Shown here in pieces: positions 26,299 through 34,244 of a DNA stretch of 64,000 nt (position 1 is its first letter; every line of letters begins with the position of its first letter). The stretch is from Candidatus Levyibacteriota bacterium (GTDB taxonomy: Bacteria > Patescibacteriota > Microgenomatia > Levybacterales > UBA12049), in contig JACPLF010000003.1 of NCBI GenBank assembly GCA_016186645.1, positions 4,112 through 68,111 on the forward strand, given 5' to 3'. The notes below the pieces were generated by a model. It saw only the letters and a program-made list of their open reading frames with translations, was not told the DNA's origin and did no database searches. A program made the translations under genes and the position numbers.

Positions 26299-26583
26299 AT
26301 GATAAATCCATTCAAACAAATCGGTGAAATTAAAAAAATGCGCGATCAGGCCATGCAAATTCAAAGAGAACTTCAAGGAGAAGAAGTTGATATTGAAAAA
26401 AACGGCGTTCATATTGTTATATCCGGAGACCAAAAAATAAAAGTTTTGGAATCGAATGGCCGTTCCGATGACGATGTAAAAGAAGCGGTTAATGAAGCAA
26501 TCAAAAAATCTCAGGAAGTAGCGGCGCGAAAACTCCAGCAAATGGGCGGAGGTCTTGGTGGACTTTTGGGCGGGGGACAATAA
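26299..26583 (+). CDS. ybaB: YbaB/EbfC nucleoid-associated protein
   Basis: Strong SD GGGAGGTG. MINPFKQIGEIKKMRDQAMQIQ. Confidence 0.8.
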   Translation: MINPFKQIGEIKKMRDQAMQIQRELQGEEVDIEKNGVHIVISGDQKIKVLESNGRSDDDVKEAVNEAIKKSQEVAARKLQQMGGGLGGLLGGGQ

Positions 26584-26599
26584 GTGGTACAATAAGTGG

Positions 26600-27502
26600 A
26601 TGAAGATTTTTTCTGGTACTTCAAATAAGCCGCTTGCGGAAAATTTGGCAAAAGATTTAGGTATTGAGCTTTCTCCTCTTGAGGTTTTTATATTTCCTGA
26701 TGGGGAGAAAAGGATTAGAATTCTTGATAAAGTTTTGGATGAAGATGTTTTCGTCGTGCAATCTACCTCAAAGCCTGCGGATGAAAATTACATGGAATTA
26801 TTTTTTATTATTGATGCTCTCAAAAGATCGGGCGCAAAATCCATAACCGCGATTGTCCCGTATTTTGGCTACCAAAGGCAAGACCATCAATTCCGCGATG
26901 GGGAAGCTGTTTCTGTGAAAGTTGTTGCGGAAATTTTGGAAAAAGTCGGAATCAATAAATTAATTGCCTTGGATCTTCATTCGATCAAAATAGAGCAGGC
27001 TTTTGATATTTCTGTTATTCATCTGTCTGCGCTTTCTATTTTCGCAAAATTCATAAAAGAAAAAGTATGGGATAAAAATTCAACTCTTGTATCGCCTGAC
27101 ATGGGGGGTATAAGAAGAATTAAGATTTTGTCGAAAATGCTTGGTGATATGCCTTATTCTATTATTGAGAAAAACAGAGATTTGGCAACTGGTTTTGTGT
27201 TTGCGAACAAAATTGAGGGGAAAATTGGCAAAAGAGCAATTATAGTTGACGATATGATTTCGACAGGTGAAACTATTGATAAAGCAGCTTCTCTTTTGAA
27301 GAAAAATGAAGCAGAAGATATAGTTGTATTCGCAACTCATCCTGTTTTTTCCGAAATTGCCCCAAAAATTCTTCAGGAATCTGGGGTTAGTTCTGTTTAT
27401 GTAACAGATACAATTTTTGTACCAAAAGAAAAAAGATTCCCAAAACTAAAAATATTGTCAGTAAGCGAACTGATATCAACAGAATTAAAGAAGAATTCTT
27501 GA
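26600..27502 (+). CDS. prs: ribose-phosphate pyrophosphokinase
   Basis: MKIFSGTSNKPLAE N-terminus and the IVDDMISTGET PRPP-binding loop. Confidence 0.9.
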   Translation: MKIFSGTSNKPLAENLAKDLGIELSPLEVFIFPDGEKRIRILDKVLDEDVFVVQSTSKPADENYMELFFIIDALKRSGAKSITAIVPYFGYQRQDHQFRDGEAVSVKVVAEILEKVGINKLIALDLHSIKIEQAFDISVIHLSALSIFAKFIKEKVWDKNSTLVSPDMGGIRRIKILSKMLGDMPYSIIEKNRDLATGFVFANKIEGKIGKRAIIVDDMISTGETIDKAASLLKKNEAEDIVVFATHPVFSEIAPKILQESGVSSVYVTDTIFVPKEKRFPKLKILSVSELISTELKKNS

Positions 27503-27504
27503 AG

Positions 27505-27628
27505 ATGGAAGTGAGAATTTCTTGACTTTGATTTCTTGAATCGTTGATGTTCTTGAAGTCAAGAATTCTAAACATCAAATGTTCAAAATCAAAAATGTCA
27601 AGGACATCTAATTTCAAAAGTTCAGATT
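27505..27628. repeat. family 3 palindromic intergenic element, copy A, directly upstream of recR
   Basis: ttcttgaagtcaagaattc palindrome. Homologous to 52480-52596. Confidence 0.6.
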
Positions 27629-28237
27629 ATGAAAATACCTAAAGCCATACAAAGCCTAATTGAGTCTTTTGAGAAACTGCCGGGCATTGGGCAGAAAACT
27701 GCCCAGCGCCTCACTTTTTATCTATTGCATATTCCGCAAGGCGAGTTAGATAACTTTGCCAATTCAATCCAGAATCTTAAAAAAGGAACAATTATTTGTT
27801 CTATTTGTTTTTCAGTTGATGAGGCCGACCCATGCAGTATTTGTGAGAATCGAGAGCGTGATAAGTCTATTATTTGTGTTGTTGAAGAGCCGTTGGATGT
27901 TTTGGCGCTTGAGAAAAACGGTAAATACCATGGTGTATACCATGTTCTGCATGGGAAAATAGATCCGCTAAACAATATAGGTCCGGACGAAATTTATATA
28001 AAGCAATTATTGGATAGAATTATGAATCAAGAATCAGGAATTAAGGAGGTAATATTAGCTACAAACCCGACAATGGAAGGAGAGGCGACGGCAATGTACA
28101 TAGCAAAACAACTCAAATCTCAAATCTCAAATCTCAAAATTACGAGGATTGGGAGAGGGCTGCCAACAGGCGCGGATATTGAATACGCGGATGAGTTAAC
28201 TCTTCAACGAGCCATGGAAGGCAGGCAAAATTACTGA
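27629..28237 (+). CDS. recR: recombination protein RecR
   Basis: LPGIGQKTAQRL HhH, C4 zinc finger and Toprim. Confidence 0.9.
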   Translation: MKIPKAIQSLIESFEKLPGIGQKTAQRLTFYLLHIPQGELDNFANSIQNLKKGTIICSICFSVDEADPCSICENRERDKSIICVVEEPLDVLALEKNGKYHGVYHVLHGKIDPLNNIGPDEIYIKQLLDRIMNQESGIKEVILATNPTMEGEATAMYIAKQLKSQISNLKITRIGRGLPTGADIEYADELTLQRAMEGRQNY

Positions 28238-28249
28238 TAATATTAAACT

Positions 28250-28580
28250 ATGAATGATGATACGATTTTGGGCGGAGTTTTAAATCAACTGGGACAAACT
28301 GCAAAAAAAAGCTGGACAGCAGATTGTAAAAATACCTGAAGAAATGGCAAATGATGCGGGCGGTCAGATTGGTTCTGCAAAGCATCAGTGGCAGTCAGAT
28401 GAGGAAAGAATAAAATTCTTAAGATACCTTTACGGTTCGGATAAAGACGCAAATCCTTCGGATGGAAAACCTACGGAGTTTGAAGAGAAATTAAAGGAGA
28501 AGGATTTGGCGATTCCTAAGTCGGAACAGGAATTGGATGAGTTTTTGGCAAAGCCTTTGCCCCGAAAAACAGCGGGTTAA
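28250..28580 (+). pseudogene. frameshifted paralog of the 29519-30016 gene; an A8 homopolymer at 28303-28310 breaks the frame
   Basis: The frame from the ATG at 28250 stops at 28337-28339. Removing one A gives a read-through product collinear with the paralog (…KIPEEMA…QWQSDEERIKFLRYLYG…). Confidence 0.55.
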
Positions 28581-29002
28581 GAAAACAAATCTAGTGTCGT
28601 AGCCGCATTTGGATCGTTTACTTTCTGCACCAGCTTCTCGTCCGCCGAAATTAAAATAATCCTATTTTCCGCTGCCAAAGTAACATATGCGCTGTCATAA
28701 GCGGAAATTTTATATTTATGGCAATTTTTCAAAGATTTTAAGAGCAGGTCATGCGTCGCAATCGTTTGCGGACTTGCTTTTAAAACCATTCTCAAAAGCT
28801 TTCTTGATTGAACGTAAGATAATTTATTCTTTAACATTGCTGAAGCAAAACCATTAACGATTTCATATTCCCAAATTTCCGGAGCAAGAAGCAAAATATC
28901 ACCCTTTTCCGATAGGGTGAGCAAATTTCTTGCTTTCTCTGAATCTTTTTCCTCAAAGACCCACTTGAGGCAAACCGAAGCATCAACAACAACCTTTCTC
29001 AT
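28577..29002 (-). CDS. vapC: PIN-domain toxin VapC
   Basis: VVDASV...SAYDSAYVTLA...ILISADEKL PIN acidic residues. Confidence 0.8.
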   Translation of the reverse strand: MRKVVVDASVCLKWVFEEKDSEKARNLLTLSEKGDILLLAPEIWEYEIVNGFASAMLKNKLSYVQSRKLLRMVLKASPQTIATHDLLLKSLKNCHKYKISAYDSAYVTLAAENRIILISADEKLVQKVNDPNAATTLDLFS

Positions 29003-29238
29003 TCAAACTTTCTTCCGCTTTTAATCAAATCCAGAGCGGAAATGTTAATTTTAACCGCAGATTTTTTAAATTTTTCAGCCATATTAATCTGAATAGAACT
29101 AGTTAACTGTTTGTTTTTATATAAGGATACGGCATGTCTAATTAATGCTGCTGTACTTTTTCCTTCAGAGAAAGCCAAGAGTTTAATCTTGTTGTATTCA
29201 TCGGCAGGAAATCTTAAATTGGTTGCAATTGTGTCCAT
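28999..29238 (-). CDS. vapB: RHH (CopG/VapB-like) antitoxin
   Basis: MDTIATNLRFPADEYNKIKLLAFSEGKSTAALIRHAV. The start region contains CCATGGTA direct repeats at 29236-29255. Confidence 0.65.
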   Translation of the reverse strand: MDTIATNLRFPADEYNKIKLLAFSEGKSTAALIRHAVSLYKNKQLTSSIQINMAEKFKKSAVKINISALDLIKSGRKFE

Positions 29239-29518
29239 AGCACCATGGTACCATGGTACCATTTCCCTGTCAAGAGCTAATTTCACTTTGAATTCACTTT
29301 AAGGATTTAGAGTTATTATTCTAAACTTTTTGGAGGGAGGCGGGGATGGAAACTTGTCAAGACATATTATTTGGTTTTTCGGCGTATCTATTGTAAAGCC
29401 AACCATTATCAAGTTACTAGTTTCAAAAAAAATAGAAGGAGATGATATGATTGGGGAGTGAAAAAAGCGCTGAAAAATAATAGTTGGAATTTGACCTAAT
29501 TTTAAGTAAACTTATGTT

Positions 29519-30016
29519 ATGGAGGATACGACGATTTTGGGATCCACACTTGGACAGTTGGGGCAGACGGTTAAGAAGGCGGCAAAGCAGGTTGTAAAAA
29601 TACCTGAGGAGATGGCAAGGGATGTGAGTGAGCAGGTTGGGGCAGTAAAAGAACCTGCAGAAAACAAGGCGCAAGAAAATAAGCCTCAACAGCAATGGTC
29701 TTCGGATGACGAAAGGATAAAATATTTAAGAGGCCTCTATGGCAAATCAGATATGCCTCAAGATAAATCCCCGGAGGAGCAGAAAAAATTATTAGAGCTT
29801 CGTCAGCAACTGCACAAAGAAAATTATTATGATCCGACGTTTAATCGGCCGCAAAATCCGCCAGCTGGCGGAGAAGAGCGTGCTGCGGAGAAAGTAGAAA
29901 ACGAGAAAAAGGAAGAAATACAGGATTTGCAGCAAAAAAAAGCGGAAAAACCGCCTCCTCTGGCTGTTGTCCGAGAGCGAAATAAAGCAGAAATGTTCCG
30001 CGGCGCATCAGGATAA
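29519..30016 (+). CDS. hypothetical charged protein (165 aa), intact paralog of 28250-28580
   Basis: Shared motif QWSSDDERIKYLRGLYG. Confidence 0.5.
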   Translation: MEDTTILGSTLGQLGQTVKKAAKQVVKIPEEMARDVSEQVGAVKEPAENKAQENKPQQQWSSDDERIKYLRGLYGKSDMPQDKSPEEQKKLLELRQQLHKENYYDPTFNRPQNPPAGGEERAAEKVENEKKEEIQDLQQKKAEKPPPLAVVRERNKAEMFRGASG

Positions 30017-30017
30017 A

Positions 30018-30075
30018 TCCTTAGGTGTCTAGCTTGTACATACCTGGTGTGTGCACTGTGTGTGTGCACTCTTGA
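30018..30075. repeat. family 4 element (AGGTGTCTAGC...GTGTGCAC hairpins)
   Basis: Homologous to 41257-41300 and about 9893-9945. Confidence 0.55.
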
Positions 30076-30092
30076 GAAATTAGCCTCAAAAC

Positions 30093-30121
30093 TTGACATA
30101 CAACCAAGGGAATGTTAAACT
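30093..30121 (+). promoter_or_regulatory. TTGACA-N17-TAAACT promoter, 7 nt upstream of the ATG at 30129 (leaderless)
   Basis: -35 at 30093-30098, -10 at 30116-30121. Confidence 0.55.
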
Positions 30122-30128
30122 ATAAGAT

Positions 30129-30506
30129 ATGAGAAGTTTGGAAGTTGGAAGACAAGCTGCAAAATATACATTTAATACCGCAAAAGAAATCTCTGGAATT
30201 GGTAGAGCTCAAAGAGCATATAAGCAAGAATTATCTACAGGCCATGTTGAGTCAGTTCTTTATGGAGCAGTTAACGGTTTAGTTAGTGTTGCTGCGCCTT
30301 TAGCCATGAAATCAGTGGAGAATGGAAAAGGCATTTTTCCAGGATTTTTAATTGACATTCCAGTTAACGCTTTAGCTTTAAGTTTCTTGCGTGCAGGGGA
30401 TATTCAAGCTGCATTTATTACGAAGATTGGTTATAATGTCCTAGTCCAGTTAGCCCCTGACGTAGCTAAATTGGCTAAAGGAAGATTTTTTCAGCGGGCA
30501 AAATAA
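30129..30506 (+). CDS. hypothetical protein (125 aa)
   Basis: ORF track with a leaderless promoter. Confidence 0.45.
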   Translation: MRSLEVGRQAAKYTFNTAKEISGIGRAQRAYKQELSTGHVESVLYGAVNGLVSVAAPLAMKSVENGKGIFPGFLIDIPVNALALSFLRAGDIQAAFITKIGYNVLVQLAPDVAKLAKGRFFQRAK

Positions 30507-30561
30507 TATTTTCCTCAGCTTTCTTCTGGCGAGACCTCTTGTTTAATAGTATAATTACCTC

Positions 30562-31950
30562 ATGTTAAAGATTTACAATACATTAACCCGGAAAGTGGAG
30601 GATTTTAAGCCTCTGAATCCGCCGGTTGTAAATATGTACACTTGCGGGCCCACAGTTTATGATTATCAGCATATTGGCCATATGCGGCGTTATGTTGGCG
30701 ATGACATTCTTGTCCGCACTTTGGACTTTAATAATTTCAAAGTAAAGCAGGTCATGAATATTACGGATGTCGGCCATTTGACATCGGATTCAGATACAGG
30801 AGAAGACAAAATGGAAAAGGGAGCGCGCAAATTTGGGATGAGTGTTTGGGATATCGCCAAAAAATTTGAAAAGCAATTTTTTGATTCCGCCCGCGCATTA
30901 AATATTAGGAAACCAGATATTTTGATGCATGCTACAGATTATATAAAGGAACAAATTGTTTTTATCCAGACTTTGGAAAAGAAGGGCTTCACTTACAAAA
31001 TTGATGATGGAGTATATTTTGACGCATCTAAGTTTCCGGATTACGGAATTCTGACAGGTCAGAGGTCGGAAGAGTTAAAAAAAGGAGCACGAGTAGAATT
31101 TGTTAAGGGTAAGAGAAATGTTACAGATTTTGCTCTTTGGAAGTTTTCTCCAAAAGGCGAAAAAAGACAAATGGAATGGGAGAGTCCGTTTGGCTTAGGT
31201 TTTCCGGGATGGCATATTGAATGTTCTACAATGGCAATAAAAGGCTTGGATACAGAGACTTTGGATATTCACACAGGCGGAATTGACCATATTGCAATTC
31301 ATCACACCAATGAAATTGCGCAATCAGAGGGAGCAACCGGCAGGCAATTCGTAAAATATTGGGTGCATCATAATTTTCTGCATGTTGATGGAGCGAAAAT
31401 GAGCAAGAGTATTGGTAATATTTTTACAGTTGAGGAAGTTGTCAGAAGGGGATTTGATCCATTGGCTTTAAGATATTTGTATTTGCAGACTCATTACAGG
31501 CAGGAAATGAATTTTACCTGGGATGCTTTGGAGGGAGCGCAAATTGCGTACAAAAGGTTGATTGATGAAGTTTCTAAGTTTAAAAATCCAAAAATCGGCT
31601 GCGCAGAATTTGAAGGGAAATTCTTGGACGCGATAAATGATGATTTGAATATGGCCAAAGCCTTATCTGTTGTTTGGGATTTGATCAAATCCGATTATCC
31701 GGATAGCGCCAAAGCAGAAAGCATTTTGAAAATGAATCAGGTTTTGGGTCTTGATTTGGAAAAAGCGAAAGAAAAGAAAAAGAAAATAAAAATCGTTGTT
31801 CCGCAAGAAGTGCAAATACTTATTGAAGAACGTAACAAGTTGAGAAAACAGGGGAGTTATACTCAGGCAGATCACATCCGCAACAAGATTAAAAAATTAG
31901 GTTTCAATATAAAGGATACAAAAAAGGGAGTGATAGTTGAGAAGATTTAG
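30562..31950 (+). CDS. cysS: cysteinyl-tRNA synthetase
   Basis: CGPTVYDYQHIGH HIGH motif and KMSKS. Confidence 0.95.
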   Translation: MLKIYNTLTRKVEDFKPLNPPVVNMYTCGPTVYDYQHIGHMRRYVGDDILVRTLDFNNFKVKQVMNITDVGHLTSDSDTGEDKMEKGARKFGMSVWDIAKKFEKQFFDSARALNIRKPDILMHATDYIKEQIVFIQTLEKKGFTYKIDDGVYFDASKFPDYGILTGQRSEELKKGARVEFVKGKRNVTDFALWKFSPKGEKRQMEWESPFGLGFPGWHIECSTMAIKGLDTETLDIHTGGIDHIAIHHTNEIAQSEGATGRQFVKYWVHHNFLHVDGAKMSKSIGNIFTVEEVVRRGFDPLALRYLYLQTHYRQEMNFTWDALEGAQIAYKRLIDEVSKFKNPKIGCAEFEGKFLDAINDDLNMAKALSVVWDLIKSDYPDSAKAESILKMNQVLGLDLEKAKEKKKKIKIVVPQEVQILIEERNKLRKQGSYTQADHIRNKIKKLGFNIKDTKKGVIVEKI

Positions 31951-32930
31951 TTTTTTGTTTTTAGAAATTCTAATGTTTCCTTCGCATTTTGAAACTTCAT
32001 AAGTTCTGTTCTCACATTACTTGCGTTTGGCATGCTCGCCTCGCTGAAGCTTTGGCGAAGCGGGCCGGAGATGTAGATTTTGTAGAACTTTTTCATAATG
32101 GAGAAGTTTTTAGTTTTGCCCCAAGTTTTGTCAAAAAGCGTAATGTGCGTAATTAATAATTTTAATTTTTCTTGATAAGAAATGCTTGCTGGGTTTATGG
32201 ATTTATTATAAATCCAAAGGTTGTCAAAAATTCCCCGTCCTATCATAATTCCATCAACTTTATATCTCTTGTATTTTTCCATTGCATCGTCAAGACTTTT
32301 TACATCGCCATTTCCGATAATTAGGGTTTTGACTTTCATAGCATCTCTCAATTTAACAACTTTTCCGATTTCATCCCAGTGGGCCGGAACATCTGACATT
32401 TCCGCAGCTGTCCGGCCATGAATTATAAGGCAATCAAGATTTAATCCCAGCAAAAATCTTGCCCATTTTTCTGTTTGAATATTTTTAATTCCGATTCTGG
32501 TTTTAACGCTTACAGGGAGACCACTGGCGCCCTCCCGTGTTGCCAAAATAATTTCTTTGGCAAGTGCATGGTTGTTTATTAAAGCAGCACATGAGCCTTT
32601 TTTTACAACTGATTTTTCCGGACACCCCATGTTGATGTCAATCCCATCAAAACCTCTGAGTCTTATTAATTTTGCAGTTTCAAAATAATTTTTGGGATTG
32701 TTTCCCCAAATCTGCGCAACAATCGGGTGTTCAATATCTGTAAATTTTAATCTTTTCCCAACTTTGTCCCGGCCTTTTGAACACATGCCTTCGACATTTG
32801 TGAACTCTGTAAAAAAGACATCGGGTTTTCCACATCTTGCAATTATTTGTCGGAAAACCGTATCAGTCACATCTTCCATTGGGGCCTGAATCAAAATCGG
32901 TTTTTTAAGACTAGTCCAAAAGTTCTTCAT
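31947..32930 (-). CDS. dus: tRNA-dihydrouridine synthase
   Basis: APMEDVTD..., INMGCPEKSVVKKGSCAAL motif. Confidence 0.85.
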   Translation of the reverse strand: MKNFWTSLKKPILIQAPMEDVTDTVFRQIIARCGKPDVFFTEFTNVEGMCSKGRDKVGKRLKFTDIEHPIVAQIWGNNPKNYFETAKLIRLRGFDGIDINMGCPEKSVVKKGSCAALINNHALAKEIILATREGASGLPVSVKTRIGIKNIQTEKWARFLLGLNLDCLIIHGRTAAEMSDVPAHWDEIGKVVKLRDAMKVKTLIIGNGDVKSLDDAMEKYKRYKVDGIMIGRGIFDNLWIYNKSINPASISYQEKLKLLITHITLFDKTWGKTKNFSIMKKFYKIYISGPLRQSFSEASMPNASNVRTELMKFQNAKETLEFLKTKN

Positions 32931-32948
32931 AAAATTTAGGAGTACAAA

Positions 32949-34046
32949 TTAGAGCTTGGCAGGATTTATGCGAATTATTTTGTCATCCGCCCCATCGGGA
33001 ATTCCGCGGCCGTCCCGATTGGAAGTTGTAATATAAAGTAAATTGTCAAGACCAGCAACAACCTCCCTAATTCTTCCAATTTCGCCTTTGAGATAAGGGG
33101 TAAGGGTTTTACTTTCAATATTATATTCATACAGCGCTTGCCCTCTTAATCCCGCAAAAAATATCGAACCATCATAGTAAGCTGCGCCGCTTGGAGCCCA
33201 AGTATCTGGGCCGCTGTTAATTACTGGAGTTTTCATTCCGTTTTTTGTTTGATCTCCGGCAATTTCCGGCCATCCATAATTTTTGCCATTCTCAATTATG
33301 TTTAATTCATCGGTTGCACTGGCGCCGTGTTCTGTTTCCCACAATCTGCCAGTTTCATCCCAAGTAATTCCCTGCGGATTTCTGTGCCCGTAACTAAAAA
33401 CTTCAGTACCCTCATCTGTTACTCTTAGAATTTTTCCGGCTAAAGAATTTTTATTTTGCGCCAAAGATGGGTTTTGGGAATCCCCGGTTGTGATGTACAA
33501 AAATCCATCAGGACCAAATTTTATCCGTCCTCCATTATGAAAAACGTTGCCTGGAATTTTGTCTACTATTATAGTTTTGTCCGAAAAAGAATTATTGTCA
33601 AACTTAAATCTTACAACTCGGTTAAGAGTTTGATTCCCATTTGCTCCATAAGTATAATATAAATAAACAAAATGATTGTTGGAAAAATTGGGATGAATTG
33701 TTATTCCCAAAAGTCCGCCTTCACCAAACTGTTTGACGTCATCAATAGTCGCTATCGGGTCGGGGAGTAACTCTCCCATTTTGTCGATCAATCTTACCCG
33801 TCCAGGCCTTTCTGTAAGAATAATACTTCTGTCTGGGAGGAAAGTTAAAGCCCATGGAACTTCAAGATTATCTGCGACTGTTGAAAGGCGAGGCGCTTTG
33901 GTTGCATCAACTACTGATATTGTCTGCATCTCGCCAGTTTTTATAAAAGGAATTTTAGCATGTTTCTGAAGGTACTGAGAATAAAAGACAGCACCAATAA
34001 GACCTAGAGCCAAAACAATCAATAAAATCAATTTAGCTTTTGACAT
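32949..34046 (-). CDS. PQQ-dependent soluble glucose/sorbosone dehydrogenase-family beta-propeller (secreted or membrane-anchored)
   Basis: N-terminal TM/signal, GGLLGI, HNGGRIKFGPDGFLYITTGD and YGHRNPQGITWD motifs. Confidence 0.7.
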   Translation of the reverse strand: MSKAKLILLIVLALGLIGAVFYSQYLQKHAKIPFIKTGEMQTISVVDATKAPRLSTVADNLEVPWALTFLPDRSIILTERPGRVRLIDKMGELLPDPIATIDDVKQFGEGGLLGITIHPNFSNNHFVYLYYTYGANGNQTLNRVVRFKFDNNSFSDKTIIVDKIPGNVFHNGGRIKFGPDGFLYITTGDSQNPSLAQNKNSLAGKILRVTDEGTEVFSYGHRNPQGITWDETGRLWETEHGASATDELNIIENGKNYGWPEIAGDQTKNGMKTPVINSGPDTWAPSGAAYYDGSIFFAGLRGQALYEYNIESKTLTPYLKGEIGRIREVVAGLDNLLYITTSNRDGRGIPDGADDKIIRINPAKL

Positions 34047-34244
34047 ATTAAATATTATATTTATTCTAAGTTTAAACTGCAATCATAAGAAAAAATAAAA
34101 ATTGCACATAAAAAAATAAGAGTTTTATACTTTTTCAGCGCGCAAGTAATACCTGCAAAGTGTTTATTAAAAGCACCAAAGACAAAATTAGGTATATAAC
34201 TACTTAAAGCGATCGCATCAAATTATTATATACGTAAATGTTAG

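Noticed and set aside
28301-28312. dnaX-style programmed -1 frameshift at A AAA AAA AGC
   Set aside because: Restoring the frame needs a +1 shift (or loss of one A), not -1. Homopolymer error or pseudogenisation is more likely.
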